Source: Thermodesulfobacteriota bacterium (GTDB lineage Bacteria > Desulfobacterota > Desulfobulbia > Desulfobulbales > SURF-16). From it: a stretch of DNA of 15,165 bases. The notes beneath the pieces were generated by a model. That model was given only the letters and a program-made list of their open reading frames with translations, ran no database searches and had not been told where the DNA came from. Positions 13,660 through 15,165 of the stretch are shown here, in pieces (the first letter of the stretch is position 1; each line of letters begins with the position of its first letter). The DNA lies in assembly GCA_039715015.1 (NCBI GenBank), contig JBDLIE010000062.1, positions 1-15,165 on the forward strand, written 5' to 3'. Made by a program: the position numbers and the translations under genes.

Positions 13660-14931
13660 ATGATGAATGACACTATAGCAGCCATTGATGCCATGGAGAT
13701 TCTTGATTCCCGCGGCTATCCCACCGTCCAGGTCTCAGTGACCCTTGAAAATGGAACCAAGGCAACAGCCTCGGTACCCTCCGGCGCCAGTACCGGCGAA
13801 AACGAGGCCCTTGAGATGCGTGATGGCGATACGAGACGCTACGGAGGCAAGGGTGTGCTGAATGCCGTTGCCAATGTTAAAGACAAAATCGCCCCGGAAG
13901 TCATCGGCCTCCCTGCCCATCGTCAAACCGAGCTCGACCATATCATGCTGGAGCTGGACGCCACGGAGAACAAAAAAAACCTGGGGGCCAATGCCATTCT
14001 CGGCGTATCCATGGCTGTGGCTAAAGCTGCGGCCACGGCCCACAATCTCCCCCTCTATCAATACCTCGGTGGCGCCGGAGCGCGTCGTATTCCCGTGCCG
14101 TGCATGAACATCATTAATGGCGGAGAGCATGCCGACAACAGCGTTGACTTCCAAGAGTTCATGGCCGTACCCATCGGCGCTGCCACTTTCCAAGAAGGCC
14201 TGCGCTACGTAGCTGAAACCTTCCACATCCTGAAAGGTCTGCTCAACAAACAGGGAATGTCCACCGGCATCGGCGACGAGGGAGGTTTTGCGCCAAACCT
14301 GCCCAGCAACGAGGCCGCCATCGAAATCATCATCGAGGCCATCGAAAAAGCGGGCTACAAGGCGGGCACAGATATTGCCATTGCCCTTGATTCGGCCGCA
14401 AGCTCTTTTTACTCAGGCGGTGTCTATGATCTACGCTGGTCAGGACTGGGCCAGAAGAGTACGGCGGAGATGATCGCCCTGGCCGAAAAGTGGGTGAAGA
14501 AATACCCCATCATTTCCTGGGAGGACCCCCTGGATGAGAATGACTGGGACGGCTTTGGCGAACTGACCAAACGCCTTGGTGACAAAATTGAGGTGGTTGG
14601 CGATGACATTTTTGTAACAAACACCAAATATATCACCAGGGGGATTGAACAGATGTCAGCCAACTCAGCCCTGATCAAGCTCAACCAGATTGGCACGGTC
14701 TCCGAGACCATTGAGGCCTGCCGCATGTGCCGCGACGCTGGCTGGCGTTATTTTATCTCCCACCGTTCCGGTGAGACCGAGGACACCTTCCTGGCCGACT
14801 TTGCAGTGGCCATGGATGGCGGCCATCTCAAGACCGGCTCAGCCAGCCGCGGCGAGCGCATTGCCAAGTACAACCGCCTGCTGGAGATTGAAAAAGAGCT
14901 GGGTGACGGCGCCCTTTACTACTGGCAGTAA
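13660..14931 (+). CDS. eno: Enolase (phosphopyruvate hydratase)
   Basis: EILDSRG.PTV, VPSGASTG..EALE.RDGD, NIINGG.HA, FQEFM, GDEGGFAP, EDPL.E.DW, VGDD.FVTN, LIKLNQIG, SHRSGETED, KTGS..R.ER.AKYN.LL. Start is 13660 or 13663. Confidence 0.97.
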   Translation: MMNDTIAAIDAMEILDSRGYPTVQVSVTLENGTKATASVPSGASTGENEALEMRDGDTRRYGGKGVLNAVANVKDKIAPEVIGLPAHRQTELDHIMLELDATENKKNLGANAILGVSMAVAKAAATAHNLPLYQYLGGAGARRIPVPCMNIINGGEHADNSVDFQEFMAVPIGAATFQEGLRYVAETFHILKGLLNKQGMSTGIGDEGGFAPNLPSNEAAIEIIIEAIEKAGYKAGTDIAIALDSAASSFYSGGVYDLRWSGLGQKSTAEMIALAEKWVKKYPIISWEDPLDENDWDGFGELTKRLGDKIEVVGDDIFVTNTKYITRGIEQMSANSALIKLNQIGTVSETIEACRMCRDAGWRYFISHRSGETEDTFLADFAVAMDGGHLKTGSASRGERIAKYNRLLEIEKELGDGALYYWQ

Positions 14932-15013
14932 GAAACTGCACAATGTTGATTTTCAAAGTGATCCATACAGAACTCTCAACCCTCAATTTTCCACCAACAT
15001 TCCCAGGCCAATT

Positions 15014-15079
15014 CCTTCTCCCCCTTGAGGGGAGGTAAGCGACCGCCGGGAGACTCCGGAAGGCTGGGCTGAGGGGTGA
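15014..15079. repeat. Interrupted GC-rich palindromic dispersed repeat (BoxC-like CCCTCTCCC..GGGAGAGGG..GGG.TGAGGG type)
   Basis: CCTTCTCCCCCTTGAGGGGAG, then about 25 extra nt, then AAGGCTGGGCTGAGGGGTGA. Single copy in this window; resemblance is from recall. Confidence 0.35.
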
Positions 15080-15165
15080 CCAAATCGACCACTCCGTTGT
15101 TTTATTTTTCCAACCCTAGTGTCCTGTCAAGGCTCAGCTGTCGCATATTGCATGTCGTTTGCAGC

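Noticed and set aside
1..15165. CRISPR arrays, tRNA/rRNA genes, transposase or integrase genes
   Set aside because: No regularly spaced direct repeats, RNA gene signatures or recombinase motifs were seen.

Overview
This 15.2 kb window looks like a sulfate-reducing deltaproteobacterium, possibly Desulfobulbales-like (inferred from gene content only). The left part (1-9416) holds the start of a PAS-domain sensor frame, a deleted and frameshifted paralog of a DUF4388-roadblock gene, and three enzyme genes: a PHP metallo-phosphoesterase, an ApgM-like alkaline-phosphatase-superfamily enzyme and a NadM-like nucleotidyltransferase. These are followed by an NtrC-type sigma54 activator, a perfect 19-bp-arm palindrome and a correctly spaced -24/-12 sigma54 promoter. 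The promoter precedes a five-gene operon: DUF4388-roadblock fusion, V4R-like protein, glutamine-synthetase-fold (COOH-NH2) amidoligase, class II (Ntn) glutamine amidotransferase, second roadblock. This operon has no MglA-type GTPase and is the best candidate for an undescribed signalling or modification system. The right part has a 47-aa basic ORF missing from the ORF track, a cold-shock gene, the mercury-methylation pair hgcA-hgcB preceded by a 51-aa CxC-x14-CxC microprotein, an Old Yellow Enzyme-family oxidoreductase and enolase. All family calls come from motif recognition by eye; no database searches were run.
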